The notes beneath the pieces were generated by a model. It saw only the letters and a list, made by a program, of their open reading frames with translations. It was not told where the DNA came from and ran no database searches. Position numbers and translations under genes: made by a program. From Oopsacas minuta (taxonomy: Eukaryota; Animalia; Porifera), in assembly GCA_024704765.1 (NCBI GenBank), contig JAKMXF010000030.1, forward strand, positions 10,525 through 74,524: DNA of 64,000 nt, given 5' to 3'. Positions 48,631 to 61,762 of the stretch are shown here, in pieces (the first letter of the stretch is position 1; each line of letters begins with the position of its first letter).

Positions 48631-51600
48631 CTAATCTACAAAACTATCATCTTGTACAGGAGTGTTTTCCTTTAGTTCCGGTTCTGGTTCCTGATCAGTT
48701 GTTAAATCAGGAATATTGACGTATTCTGGGTCTTTTGATTTCTTATTAACCTGACTGTAAATGGGCTCAGGTTGTGTACCCTCTGTTCCTGTTGTTTGTT
48801 TGTCAGATAGGTTGGAGTAAGATGGTTCTATTAATAGTAACGTTAATTATAAATTAGTTTCTGTATATAGTTCCTAATTAATTAACGAATTAGAGAAACA
48901 AAAAATGCAAAAAGAAAGAGAAAATTCCGCGAACTTAGAAAATTTTGGCGGGAAAATCATATCCCCGCTCAAATGCAGAATTCACCCGCTTCCTTGATGC
49001 CTAGATAAATGTTAATATGCTATTTCCCGCTTAAAACCATATACCCACTGGAGATGAGGTGTTAGTTTCAATACTTACTTACCTTCATTAGTGATTTCAT
49101 CTTGAGTTGGGAGAGCTACAAATCCTTCTTTTGTCCTAGCCTGTTTGGGTATCGGTTGAGGAAAATCCCCTATTTACATACATCAATAATGCAAACGTAA
49201 AGGGGTACATGGGTACAAATTGGACCCCTACACCCTGGTTACGAACAAATATACAAATATGCAACTTACCAACAGAAGACCTTGGAGATCTGGTGTCTCC
49301 TATTTCCATGCTATCTCCTAATGACTTCCTCATGCCTGATTCTACATATGAATCAGTTGTCCGTTGTTTTTTCAAACTATATTTGGAAGAAAGTCTGCCC
49401 TGTGAACTGACATCGGTTTTGTCACCTCGTCTGAGTGTAAACATCCATTTTGTGAATCTTCCAGATCTCAGAGATTTCCTTATCTCATTATTCCGCAGAA
49501 CTAACAGGAAGAAAAATAATATCCCATTCGACGCATTCAAGAACACAAACATCCATTCGATAATAATACTATAAGCAGATACACCGAACGTAAACAATAA
49601 CAACAACAACCAGGGGGTGTTTAAGACTGGTAACATGATAGCAGCACTCAATAGGGAGACTCGGAGCCCACGTAATCGATCCTTATCGAAACTAGACATG
49701 GACATGAATATCTTAACGGTACTCATAACTAATAGGATCATATTAACAAGGAGGATAATCAAGATTGGACCGATAAATGACCAAATTAATCCTCTCTCCT
49801 GTGACAACCAACAGTGATCCTCCCCTATGCGTATATAGTATGCGTTAGCTGTCCCAGCTGTGATGGCCACTACGACAATAGGTGACCCCCAACCGAGGAA
49901 CATCAGATACCAAGAAATCCTCCTCTCACTAAAAACGAAAAATATCTTATAGAAGAGCATAATAGCAATACACATACTCCAAGCGAATACAGCCAGCCAC
50001 GTGTAGTGCATAAGGACAGTAACTACGAAACACCCTGGGTGGCTGTTAGTAGCCGTCTGTATACCGAAAATAAACGTCCCCGTAGCGAGGAATAACGCGA
50101 TGGCATAGTTAAAGTGTACGATGTTTCCTTCTACACGAAGTGTCAACTTATATGTAATCACATAGAGGATTATTGCTATTGTGAGGAGAATTAGGGAAAT
50201 ACTTAAGAGGAGATACGTCACCACCGACAGAGCCAAATTTTGTTCCCTAGTGAGACCAGCATCGAAGGGACGAACCAAGACACCGAAGCTGGTGAAATGA
50301 TTGGTCTCACAGTTCACACCTGTTGGCGTTACATGTGTCAGTATGCCACTTGTGTCCCATTTATTTAGTGTCGTATTGAAGAAGACACATTCTTGGTTCA
50401 TGCCAGAGGATTTGTTAAACATAATCGTAGCTGAAATATCCTCATTTCCGGTGTTAAGATTAAAATTATGAATCTTATCAGAGAAAATGACGTCATTTGA
50501 AGAACCTGTGTCCTCTGGGGTAAGAAGAGGATTATCTATTTGTACATGAGACAACATTCTTGGAGAATTAACACTTAGCATCAAAGGCCCTAACTCGATC
50601 TCCCCTGATTCTAATCTCATTACGGTTAAGTGTAAATTGTCCGATTCCAGAAATGTAGATTCCATAGGAGCCGTATCCCTCTTAACATTGCTATTATATG
50701 TGAATTCAGTGTATAAGATGGAGAGAACATCGATTATACGAAGGAAATCTGCGTAGTTCTTTGAGGGAGAGACCGATTGTCCTTCGTTAGGAAGGATACC
50801 TGTCTCCCAGAGGAGCGATCCTGCCTTAATTGCATCTTGGAAATAGGATTGATCGATATTAACAGACTCATTGGCTTGTTTAACACTTTCTAGAGATCTG
50901 GACAGAGATTCTACTAGAATGCTAGTTTGTGTGGGAGTTATGCTAGTTTCATTTGGTTCCTTATTGTTTAGTGCTTGTAGAGATACTTCCAATATTATCA
51001 CTGCATCCTGTATTTCTGGGAGATCTTTATAAGGATCTATAAGTGTTAGATTATAGAAATTATTCTTGGAAAGATAGGGGAACTTTCCTTACGGTAACAT
51101 AACGATAATTTGAGTTCAATGCTATAGGCAGTGCTGCCAAGTCTCCGTAAAATTGACTGCTATCTCGTATCTACGTATTTCTAGCTTACATGTACGTGTA
51201 ATACTTTTTGTTAACGATGAAGGTTAATATTAAAAATTCCTCAATGTTTGTACCGACCTCAGATATGTACGAGTTATTTCTCAAAGAATGTATGTATGTA
51301 TGATATCAAATAGTTCTTTGATAGTTTGTCGCATGCTGATAGTCATTATAGCTTATTGTTTACAAACGCGAAAGTGATTATTTACAAAAATTTGTTAGCT
51401 AATGGCATTTGTAAAGCAAATTAAGGCCTGTTGGGGGTCATTAGGGGTTTTAAAATGCTCCGTAAAAATTTGGTTCCCACGTAAATTTTCTGAATTCACT
51501 TGGCAGCACTGTTTGAGCCTCACGGTCTGTATTTTGTGACCTTCATGGCTGCCGAACTGACACTCCTAGTCTTAAGTGTCACTGAAACATGCTAATAGAG

Positions 51601-54600
51601 GTAATAACTACTGTAAAGTGTAAATAACTTACTAAGCGTGATATGTAGAATTGCTTCCGGTCCTTCTCCTATCTGGTTAACAGCCCTAACAGATATCTCT
51701 AATTTGACAGCCTCTTCATCTCTCTTAATATCAATAAAGGTGTCTTCTGTTTCTAACGTCACATTTTCAGTATCTTTACGATTGTAAATATTTACTATTT
51801 GGACGATGTAGTATTTGATTATTCCATTCTGATGAATGATAAGAGGACTCTCCATGTTAAGTGTGTCCTTTCTATCAATTGTAGTGATTCGGGAGTGCTA
51901 GATGGTACTATTGAGATAGAAAATATACATGTGATTAAACCTCAATTATTGTTAGGTCCGTTGTCAAGGAAAGGATTTATGGTATGCAATTTTGAATTTG
52001 TTGGAGTTTCTGGATAAGACAGGTCCTTACAATGATTATACAATTGGTATCACTGCGGATATAGCGGACAAATTGTGACTGTCCGTTGCTGTTCATACTA
52101 ACGAAGTTACACTATAGACTCTTATCAAATGGAATTGTAAGTTACTTATTGGAACTAACAGGTAGCTTTCTGGAACTAACCAATTTGTGTTTGTACCACA
52201 CATAACTTGTAATTCAATTTGTTATATCACTAATCTGATTAGCCAAGAACAATTCACACCTTTTCACAGACATTTGTGAAGATTTCGTTCCGGTATTTGG
52301 AACAATTTTATGTTGACAAAGAGTCACTTACATGCCAATTCCCAAGTTGGTAACTATGCTCCGCCGTGTGTAGAATTCTCTATACATAATATCGACCACA
52401 TTGCAATATGATACTAACAATACTTTAGATAAATAGACAGTATATTGTCTATACAGCATATTCAATGGTGAGTATTGTCAATTTATCTATTGTTTGTTTA
52501 TTGTTTGTTGTTTGTGTTTGTGACAAGAATTTGGCATATTTTAGTTATGAACAACATGATTTAGAGGATGGAGAACATCTCACAAACATTCTTCATAATC
52601 CATTCCTTGAAGGAGTGGTGGATAGGGATGTTAATAACATTCCAGAAGGATCTATTCATCACTATGTTAAGAAAAGAGAGATATTTGGAGAAGATGATAG
52701 AAACGAGGTAGATAGAGAATCGATTTCCGCTGAGAATAGACTAGCAGAGCTTTCTACTGTAAGTTCATATGCTTTCGTAATACAGTAGGCCCCAGCAGGG
52801 GGTTCAAACCTAGGGTCGATGAACCGCTTGGTGGTCTACGGAGGCCAGCAGGGGGCAACAGGATCAATTGTGGTCTATAGAAGGGGCCCACGGATGGAAA
52901 AGGTTGGGACCCATTCTAGTAGACCCTCGCTAATCCGAACAGGTTATGCAACCTTTCGAAAATATAACTCTACGCGTAGTTCATATGCTATTATTAGCAA
53001 TCATATTCACATATTTACAGGTGTTGATATCAGTTGGTTGTACAGGAATGTTGGTGACTAAGGAACACGTGTTAACTGCAGCACATTGTATCCACACAGA
53101 GGGATATTTTAAGAAGGGTTATAGCAGCCTAGAGGTAGGGATAGAGATGTCTTATGGGATAGAATGGAGACAAGTTTTAACTATGTTCCTACCCTCTAAT
53201 TGGACCAATCCCGGTTTGTTTAAGTTGTATTGAGAAATTTGTGTCAGTTTTCATAGTTTGCAAATATTTATGAGGAATTTGGTTGCTATGGTGATGCCAG
53301 AAATGTGTTTTTCAGAAGTTCTGTGCAGGGGATATTTCTTGCAGGACCTCTCCTGGGATAGCACTTCTTGGACGGTAACATATTGATCCTCTACTTGAGT
53401 CTCACGGTTGGTACTAAGTGTCCTTTATGACTGCTGAACTGGCAATTTTAGGTGTCCGCCAAACACCTAGATACACCCCTGACACAAGGGGGGTGTCCAA
53501 CTTATGTTGAGTATTATAGCTGGTTAAAACAGGTCGAAAGTGTAATATATCGTTTGTCATGGCACGCGTGCAATTCCTCTACAAAATGTGAGAGGAATTT
53601 GTAGAGGAATTGCAGCGTCCCTTCTTAACAAATATCTATTTAGATATCACTATCAATCCTGATTACTATGACTACGCTATCCTAAAGATTGATCCCATAA
53701 CAACAACAACAACAACAACAACACCCTACCTCCCTATAGCTCTTACTACAGACATACAGCATGGAGTTAATACACAAATATCTATAGTAGCTTATTTTGA
53801 TGATAAACCTTTGAAAACCAAATGGATGACTAAATGTGACGTAAGTGTTTGATCAGCTGTTTAATACAGCGATAAAGTGTTGAAATAATTTTTGTTAAAT
53901 TTACATATAAATAATACACATTCCTACCTCATGGACCCCTGCTGTCGTCCAAGGGGAACATGGGTCCCAGGTTGGCAACCACTGGTGTCTATATATTGTA
54001 TCTTAGTTACAAACTAGACCTTAAGGTATGTGTAATTTTAGGTGATTGATGAAGATGTTGGAATAATGTGGCATAAATGTGACGTCACATATGGCGCGTC
54101 AGGAGCTGGTATGTACAGTATGCATATGAACTCAGTAACCAATCAGAATGAACTCAGAACAGTTGGTATTCTCTCTGGATATAATTATGATTACAATACG
54201 GAACTGGAACTAAATTATGCTGTAAGGATTAATCCTATTAATTACTTCTACATCTGTTCTTGGACCTGTCAGATGGATTGGTGTATGGGACAGCTGAGTG
54301 AGGAGGCTAAAAGGGAGATCAGAGGACAAGGGGACGGATGGGTGTTGGATAAACTTATGGACAGTGCTCCTCCGTATTGTGCCAGTTAATATTTGTTTAT
54401 TTGTATAGACAAGGATTTTGTAAATATATTATTGTACTACTTAACAACACTAATTTAATTAACAAATAGAATACCAACTGGGTAAACCCTCAAATCTGAT
54501 AGGGCGACACATTTAACACCTTTTCTGAGTGGCATAAAGATTTTGATAAAATTTCCAAAGTTGTCTACCATTCTATGAACACTTGTACACACCAAACTGC

Positions 54601-57432
54601 AGTCGTAAACACCCAGTAATATCTACTATGGAACTGAAACTATAAAGTGTCTATTGTTTACGATAACATACCTGTAGCCTTAGTTCTTATCATAGTTCTG
54701 GTTACAGGTCCATTTCCTCTCCAATTACTAGCAAATACACTTATATCATATTCATAGTATTCTTCTAGCTCTGTTATAATAGCATACAGATCACCATTAT
54801 CTAGTTTATTCGTGTCAATATCGTGTCGCACAAGGCTGCCACTACTAGATGTGTCGGGCGACACACTCTGATAGGTAATTGTGTAGTTAATTGGGTATAG
54901 TGTACAGCTCTTGGTTGACACCTCTGTCCAGGTGATGAATACGTGTCTACTTCCTGTTGATTGAGTTATGAGATTTGATGGGCTCTCTCTTATATCTATA
55001 AACATAACTCCAGTTATATCGAAGCTCAGGGGACCGATTATACACATATGTTATTATTGGGACCATATTTGTACAATTTTGCATTATATTGGCTGTTAAA
55101 GTGTGTGAGATGTATATATGTATAATTATTTATCATATGATTAATCATATTATCACACCTTTTTACCATACTTAAAATTATGCTAAAGATTTGTTTCAAT
55201 GGTTAGCACAGGGCCATAATATACACAAGTAAACAAATAAACAAACAAACAAACAAACAAACAAACAAACAAACAAATAAACAAACCTTCAGATTCAGTT
55301 GTAACTAAGATAGTTCCATATTCCCCACCATCTATTTCCTTGATCTCCTCTATATATGCCAGAACCTGTATATAATACTCACTACAAGCCATCAATCCAT
55401 CAATACTATCACTATAACTGTTGCTTCCATTTGTATATGTGTTTACTTCCATATTGACACCATTAACATATGATGTTTTGTAAATAACATATTCTTCTAG
55501 GTATTGGGATACAGAACCCCATGTAAATTCAATCATGCTTGTTGTTATTGACAAGATTGATATCTTTGGAATTTCAATAGCTATAAATAGAGAGTATAAA
55601 TATGGTACTAGAGACACTTCATTGCGGTCATAGGTTTGATTTGGCGCCTAATATCTGATCATCCTGATAACATCTAGCAGGAGATCAGCTGTTCCCAAAC
55701 ACCTGTCTCCCGTGGACCTCCTATATACTGTAATACACATTTTGAGATCCTGTGTAACCCATTCGGACGACAGCATGGACCTCAAGTTTGAAACAGCTGA
55801 TCCATGTGTTTGGTGGGCACACCAGAGCGCCAGGTCAGCAGCCATAAAGGACACAAAGTACCAACCGTGAGGATCAATATGTTACCGCCCAAAAACACCA
55901 CAATATACCTTTCTATCAGCTGATATTAGGCGCCGAAATATGTTAGTTAACACTTACAGAAATTGAAGGTAACTTGTATAGCCTCATCTCTTGATATTCC
56001 GTTATCAACATAGCATGTCACCATATACTCAACGGTGTGGTCTTCAAATCCTGCCTCTACAGATATCATATCAGAATTACTGTACCCTTTATACAAGATA
56101 ATATAGTTCTCAGGTGTCACGGGTGGGTTAGCCTCACAGGAACATGTGATTAACACCTCTAAAGTGCGTATTGTAATTCTACCGTCAATTAATGGGAAGT
56201 AAGGTTCTGTTGATATATTTATATTTTGAGGGATAACTATAGGATAAATAGGAAGTAAATAAACGTGACAACAATTGGAACTATCCCATATTTGTAGGCT
56301 ATAATATGTTACATCCCGTCAAAGCTCAAATCCCGAAAAATACAACATTCCAAAGAGCCATTTCATTCACTACGGTTGGTATATGTGAATTTACATTTTA
56401 CGCCTTTCTGGAACTAAAATCAATGAGTTCTCACCTCCATCCTCTGGCAGGAACAGTATATTATGTGAATGATGTGTTAAATCAATATTCACTCTACAAA
56501 CATACTCAAATGGAGCAGCTGATTCCTCGAATAATAAACCTGCCTCTACCTCTGAGACAACTTCCTGACACACATCCCTGACACCATTGCAAACGCCTAT
56601 ATATATGTTATGCACGTCGTCTCTCCATTCAGGCGCTTCTCCACTACATATGACTCTATACAGCTGATCTGGCTTGAGTATCAGCTGTTTAGGGATACCA
56701 GTCTCTTCTGTAGATATTGTTCCATACTCTCCATTGGATATGTAGTATACTCCATGTCCTAAAAATAGAATATTAGAGTTATATCGAAGCTTAAGGGACC
56801 GCGATGATTAGTTTCATTTAACCGATGGAATATTATTTCACACTTCGCTATAAGCGGGTATATCTATATATCCGTGTTAGATATAGCGGGAGGTGTTTGT
56901 ATGTAATACATTGTTATCTCGTTGCTATGATACAGAGCATAATATGTAGGACAAAACCCGACTAAACATCCGCTATAATGAAAAGAATCTGCGGTCCTTG
57001 GTCATAACGAGAGTTCACTGTATTTACCTGTTGCTTGTAAAGATATTGAAATAGGTGTTACATATTGTCCGTCACCAAATCTACACTCATATACTCCAAC
57101 TTCATTAGAAGTGAATCGATTTAGAATGACAGTATTTCCATCTGTAGTAACGCTAGTTAGTGATACATGCCAAGAGGCCAATTCGTTGTCAGGGTAACAG
57201 ACAAGTTGTATGTTTGTTGTTGCAACTGGAATTATGTGAATTTGTTGATTTGTGTTTGGGAAGAATGTTGTTGTTGTTTTGTTGTTGATCTTAAATTCAA
57301 CACGTTCTAAAAGAAAAGAAATATAAAAGACTGGCTCGATCAACCGGTGGATTACTTACCATTTAAGCTTGTTACTTCACGGGAAAACAACAACAACAAC
57401 AACAACAAAATAAACAAATGCAATGAAAACAT
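48631..57432 (-). CDS. Adhesion GPCR: signal peptide, Ig-like, 3 FN3, GAIN/GPS, 7TM, Tyr-motif tail; apparent -1 frameshift at ~51852
   Basis: Signal-peptide exon MFSLHLFILLLLLLLFS (57432-~57360); Ig exon (GVYECRF); FN3 exons ~55590-55290, ~54995-54671, ~51912-51634; GPS CVFF..W..CETNHFTSFGVLV; secretin-like 7TM (HYTWLAVFAW, CWLSQERGLIWSFIGP); last exon 48827-48631. Confidence 0.82.
51129..51511. mobile_element. hAT-like non-autonomous element in an aGPCR intron
   Basis: 14-bp TIR CAGTGCTGCCAAGT / ACTTGGCAGCACTG; no clear target-site duplication. Confidence 0.5.
52465..54389 (+). CDS. PRSS23: PRSS23/35-like secreted trypsin-family protease, 4 exons; nested in an aGPCR intron
   Basis: Signal peptide, KKR|EIFGEDDR, GCTGMLVTKEHVLTAAHC, DYAILK, CDVTYGASGAG, NYAVRINP..YFYICSW match PRSS23. 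Catalytic His, Asp and Ser are present. Confidence 0.88.
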
Positions 57433-58026
57433 ATTAACAACAGTCAAATAAAACTATCAGCATACCATTCACCCAAACGGTTGCGTATTTATGTATTAGA
57501 ATATCAAAGATAGCCCACTTTACATACTTAATGTAATCGATACAAGAATATCCCAAAAACCTCACAGCTTAGTTGGAAATAGGAAAAATTACTTAATGCA
57601 ATTAGTATTGTGTATGTAGCTACAGCCATTTGTCTTATTTTTTCCTATAATAGTGTATTGTCATTGAAATATAAGATTACCGTCTCAGACAGGACAGGGG
57701 TTAATTACAACGAATCACTACGTAACATTCAATCTATCGACATTATTAATTATGCCACCATTGATTGTGGTTCAACCACTTTGTAAGCCATAAAGTATAA
57801 CCTGTTGTATATACTCAAAATTGCAAAATATCGACCAGAGTACCCTCTTCCCCAAAAAATTATATTCCAGGTCAATATCTCCTCACTATACTGACACTTA
57901 ATACATCCTGAAAATTTGGAAAAATCTCAACTTTTCTCCAAATTCCTAAAGCCAACCCAATTCATTCAAACACCATTAAATAACTACAAAAAAATTACTA
58001 TTTTTACTCAAACTTTAGTTACACAC

Positions 58027-58816
58027 ATGAGTAAGAAAAGTACCCATAAGAAACTGGGACAGAAGTACCAGAACACGCGCACATACACGGTTTGTTCCCG
58101 GTTAGCTACACTGACCCCCCAGCAGCAATCCATAAAAGATACGGAAGTAACAGGGCTGTGTAAAAGATGTACAGAGATTATACAATGGAAAATAAAATAT
58201 GGAAAATATAAGGCACTAAGTGTACCCAAAAAGTGTCTGAATTGTGGCATGAAAAGTGTCACGAGAGCATATTTTACGATTTGTAAGGAATGTGCTGATG
58301 ATAAGGGGTGTTGTGGGAAGTGTCAGGGTGATAATGCTATAGGATCCTTCCCGGAATCTAAAGATGTGAAGGTTAGAATATCAGAGTTCGGGGGCCTTCC
58401 CTATTTCACAGAACGGGACGATTTCACGGTTTCAAAATTCTATGAATCTGTGGCGAGGTGTCGCCCTTGGTGACGGTCGTCAATCTGGGGTCCATCGCCC
58501 CCTTGATGGTTAAACTCTCTCCATTCCGTGAAGTAGGGAAGGCAATTCTGTCATAATGAAAAGTCAGAAATATTATAAGAATCTTTCTTAGGTAAAGGAA
58601 TTGAATTATTTGAAGGAAGAAATGAGATATATGAAAGAGCGGGAAAGAAGGAAATTAGTGCGGGAAATGAATAAAAGCTCTAAAGGCGCTGTTACCAAGG
58701 TTACCAAACCGTCAGAAAGGAATGCAGAATCATCAGAGAGTAGTCAATCAGAAGATGACTTAGATATTGGGGGTATAGATGGTTCTGACAAAGAATTGAG
58801 TTTAGATGATTTGTAA
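58027..58816 (+). CDS. C9orf85: C9orf85 / DUF2039 zinc-binding protein, 2 exons
   Basis: QKYQNT, GLCKRCTEIIQWKIKYGKYKALSVPKKCLNC..AYFTICKEC..CGKC. Phase-0 intron ~58372-58590. Confidence 0.85.
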
Positions 58817-59072
58817 ATTCAATAAATTGGGAATATACGTATATCACATTCTTTAATATATCCAGCGTTGTTAGGTGAGGTGTCAGAATGTAGCCGTGTG
58901 ATTATTCATATTTTAGCACCCTTTGGATAGGGGATATAAGGTATGATCACATACTACATACCATGCATATATTCACCAACGTGCTTCTGTGACGTGTTAT
59001 GTCCCAGTTTCCATGGTTACCTGGTTGGTATTTGGCTACACGTAATTAATTATTCCCTTAATCTAATTAGAA

Positions 59073-60143
59073 ATGGCTAAAAGCACAACAAATTCCTCAC
59101 CTATGATTCAAGGCCAACCAATCCTTAATGTAGCCCTCCTTGGAGAATATGGGGTGGGTAAAACTTCACTAATCCGTCGTTTCAAATATAACATCTACAA
59201 TGAAGGTGTGACACAAGAAACTGTAGGTGATTTTGAGGATGTTATCTGTATAGTTCCATTACGTCATAATGAGTCGCGTAGCATGAGAATTAGATTGCAT
59301 GATACAGCTGGTATGGAGAAAGATAGTAGTCTCACTTCAAATTATTACAGGTAATATTTCTTGTACAAGGGGGTGAGATTACAAAAGGTGTTCCGTGTTC
59401 ACACCTTTAGAGATTGGGACAATGTATATGTGTATATTTTCACATTTTGACAGATATCATTTTAGCCCAATCAGATTGTAGCGTTTTGGCGATTAGGCTT
59501 GAAGGCATAAAATTGGTTCTTGATTTGCATTGCATGTATACTGTAATTTTATTGGTCAATACACTCCATTTAATGTTTATACATTTATCACATGATTAAT
59601 CATATTTTCACACCTTTTGGTGAATATTTCAAAATTGTCATAGAGATTAGCTTCCACCTGCTAATTAGGGGTAAACAGGGACGTAGAATTCGATTCTGAC
59701 ACTTTCAAATGTCTCACATATGAAATTCTGTAGTCACAGGTATTAATTCTATTTTTAGACATAAAGATGGGATCATATTAACATGGGACTTGACGAGAGA
59801 AGAGACCTACAGGAGACTAGGACATTGGGAACAGGCCGCGCTTAACAATTATAGGGACCACGACATTCCTCAGTTCATAGTGGTTGCTAACAAATGTGAG
59901 AATCAAGAAATGGACTCAAAAGTCTACCAGCAATGTCTGGAGTATTCACAGGCTAAGAAGTATTCCTGTTTTAAAACAAGTGCTAGAGACTCTATTAACG
60001 TTAAACAGGCATTCCATGAACTGCTGTCACTAATGGGAAAGGTCTATGAGGAGAAGAACTATTCTAAACCAGAGAGGGAATTGTCCAGGAGTGTTGATTT
60101 GGAAAATAGTGATTTGCCTATCAAGGATCCTTGTTGTAATTAA
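59073..60143 (+). CDS. Divergent Rab-like GTPase 4, 2 exons
   Basis: GEYGVGKT, DTAGME, TSNYYR|HKDGIILTW, ANKCE, KTSAR; ends PCCN*. Confidence 0.85.
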
Positions 60144-60893
60144 TCATATTGTATGTCTATTTCCAACTCTTTAATTGTGTTTATATATCTTAATATTTCG
60201 AAAATGTTGGAGGCTAAAATATTTCAAATCTTTGAAGGAAGGTTACAAATGTCTTGGCCAGTGTTTCACACCTTTTTTCCACGGTGGACCTCTCCCATGT
60301 CCTATACCTTCCGTGGTCATAAGGTTATGGGTACACTGATCTAGACCAATTAGATTTCAATGTAACTGATATCATAAGCCTATCTGAGAGTGTAAATTGA
60401 TTGGTTAGTAAATACAATATTGTAATTTCCCGCATTTTATATTTCCTCTGTGAAAATACAGTTTTTGAGTTTAAGGACAAAAGGATTCGACCACTTCAGA
60501 ATTGCAAATATTTGTTATATTCTTATCCCCCCTTTGTACTAAGATATTGTCATCAGTCGATATCCGTCAATCTCCATTAATGAATCTTATTCACGCTTAT
60601 CCTCTGCTTAATAACTAATAGTTGTCAATACGGTAAGTGGGGGAATACTTTTGTCCTCGAACTGTAGACATAGAAGAGTCTCCGAATAACTGACACGTTG
60701 GGACATCACTTCTGTCCGCTAAAGTATTACATATCTGATTACTAATTAATCCCGTTACAGGTTTATCTGTTGTAGAAGGAATGTCTGCTCCTCAGAGAGT
60801 GTCCGTTTTGGGAGCTCCACTTTATTATTAATGCAATCAATCTGTATATGTATACACACACACACTATAATCCCACAATAATGTTTAGCATAC

Positions 60894-61762
60894 ATGGCTA
60901 GTGCAATAAAGTACTATAACGTGCTAGTGCTAGGCTCATTCGCAGTAGGAAAGACAAGTATAGAAAGTTGGTTAGCTAACGACAGAGATAGGAACAAACG
61001 ACCAGATGTTAATCTATTTAATAGAGACTATTATGACGTCAGAGTAGACCTATGTACAGGTGAGAAGATTATTGTAAGACTATGGGATACCATCGAGTTA
61101 GAAAAGGATAATAATTTACCCACAAGCTATATCAGGTAATTATTAGGTGTGAAAATGTATATATTTACACATATTTGTAAATAATAATATTGAGGAACTG
61201 GTAAGAGATACAAACTTGAATTTTGTCAGTGATGGAATGTGATAAATGAAATAGCGGAAATATCCATAAATCTCTGGGAAAATGTGTGAATTATCTCTGC
61301 CCAATCAGATTTGAGGGTACATACTGGAATCTGATTGGGCAGAGATTTGTGAATATTTAGATGGTGTGAAAATGTGTATATTTATCTTATAGAAATAGAG
61401 ATGGGTTCATTCTTGTGTGGGACATAAAACGAGGTAGCACGCTTAAGGAATTGATAGAGTTGTACAAAGTTACTCTTACTTTCTATGGAGATGAGCATAT
61501 GCCTGCTTATGTAATATTCGCGAATAAAGCCGAGATGGAAATGAGACAGAACTCAGAAGAATACGAATCTTGTCAGAATTGGTCGCTAAAACATAATATA
61601 AACTGTTACAAGACTAGTACCACCACAGGTGCCAATTTAGAGGAAGGGTTAGACCGGTTAGTTGAAATGATGACAATGAAAGAACCTGTTGTCAGAAGGA
61701 AGAAACAATCTGTTGATATTGATTTGACGGAAGTGAGAACTCAGAGTAAATGTTGTAATTAA
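60894..61762 (+). CDS. Divergent Rab-like GTPase 5, 2 exons
   Basis: GSFAVGKT, DTIELE, TSYIR|NRDGFILVW, ANKAE, KTSTTTG; ends KCCN*. Confidence 0.8.
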
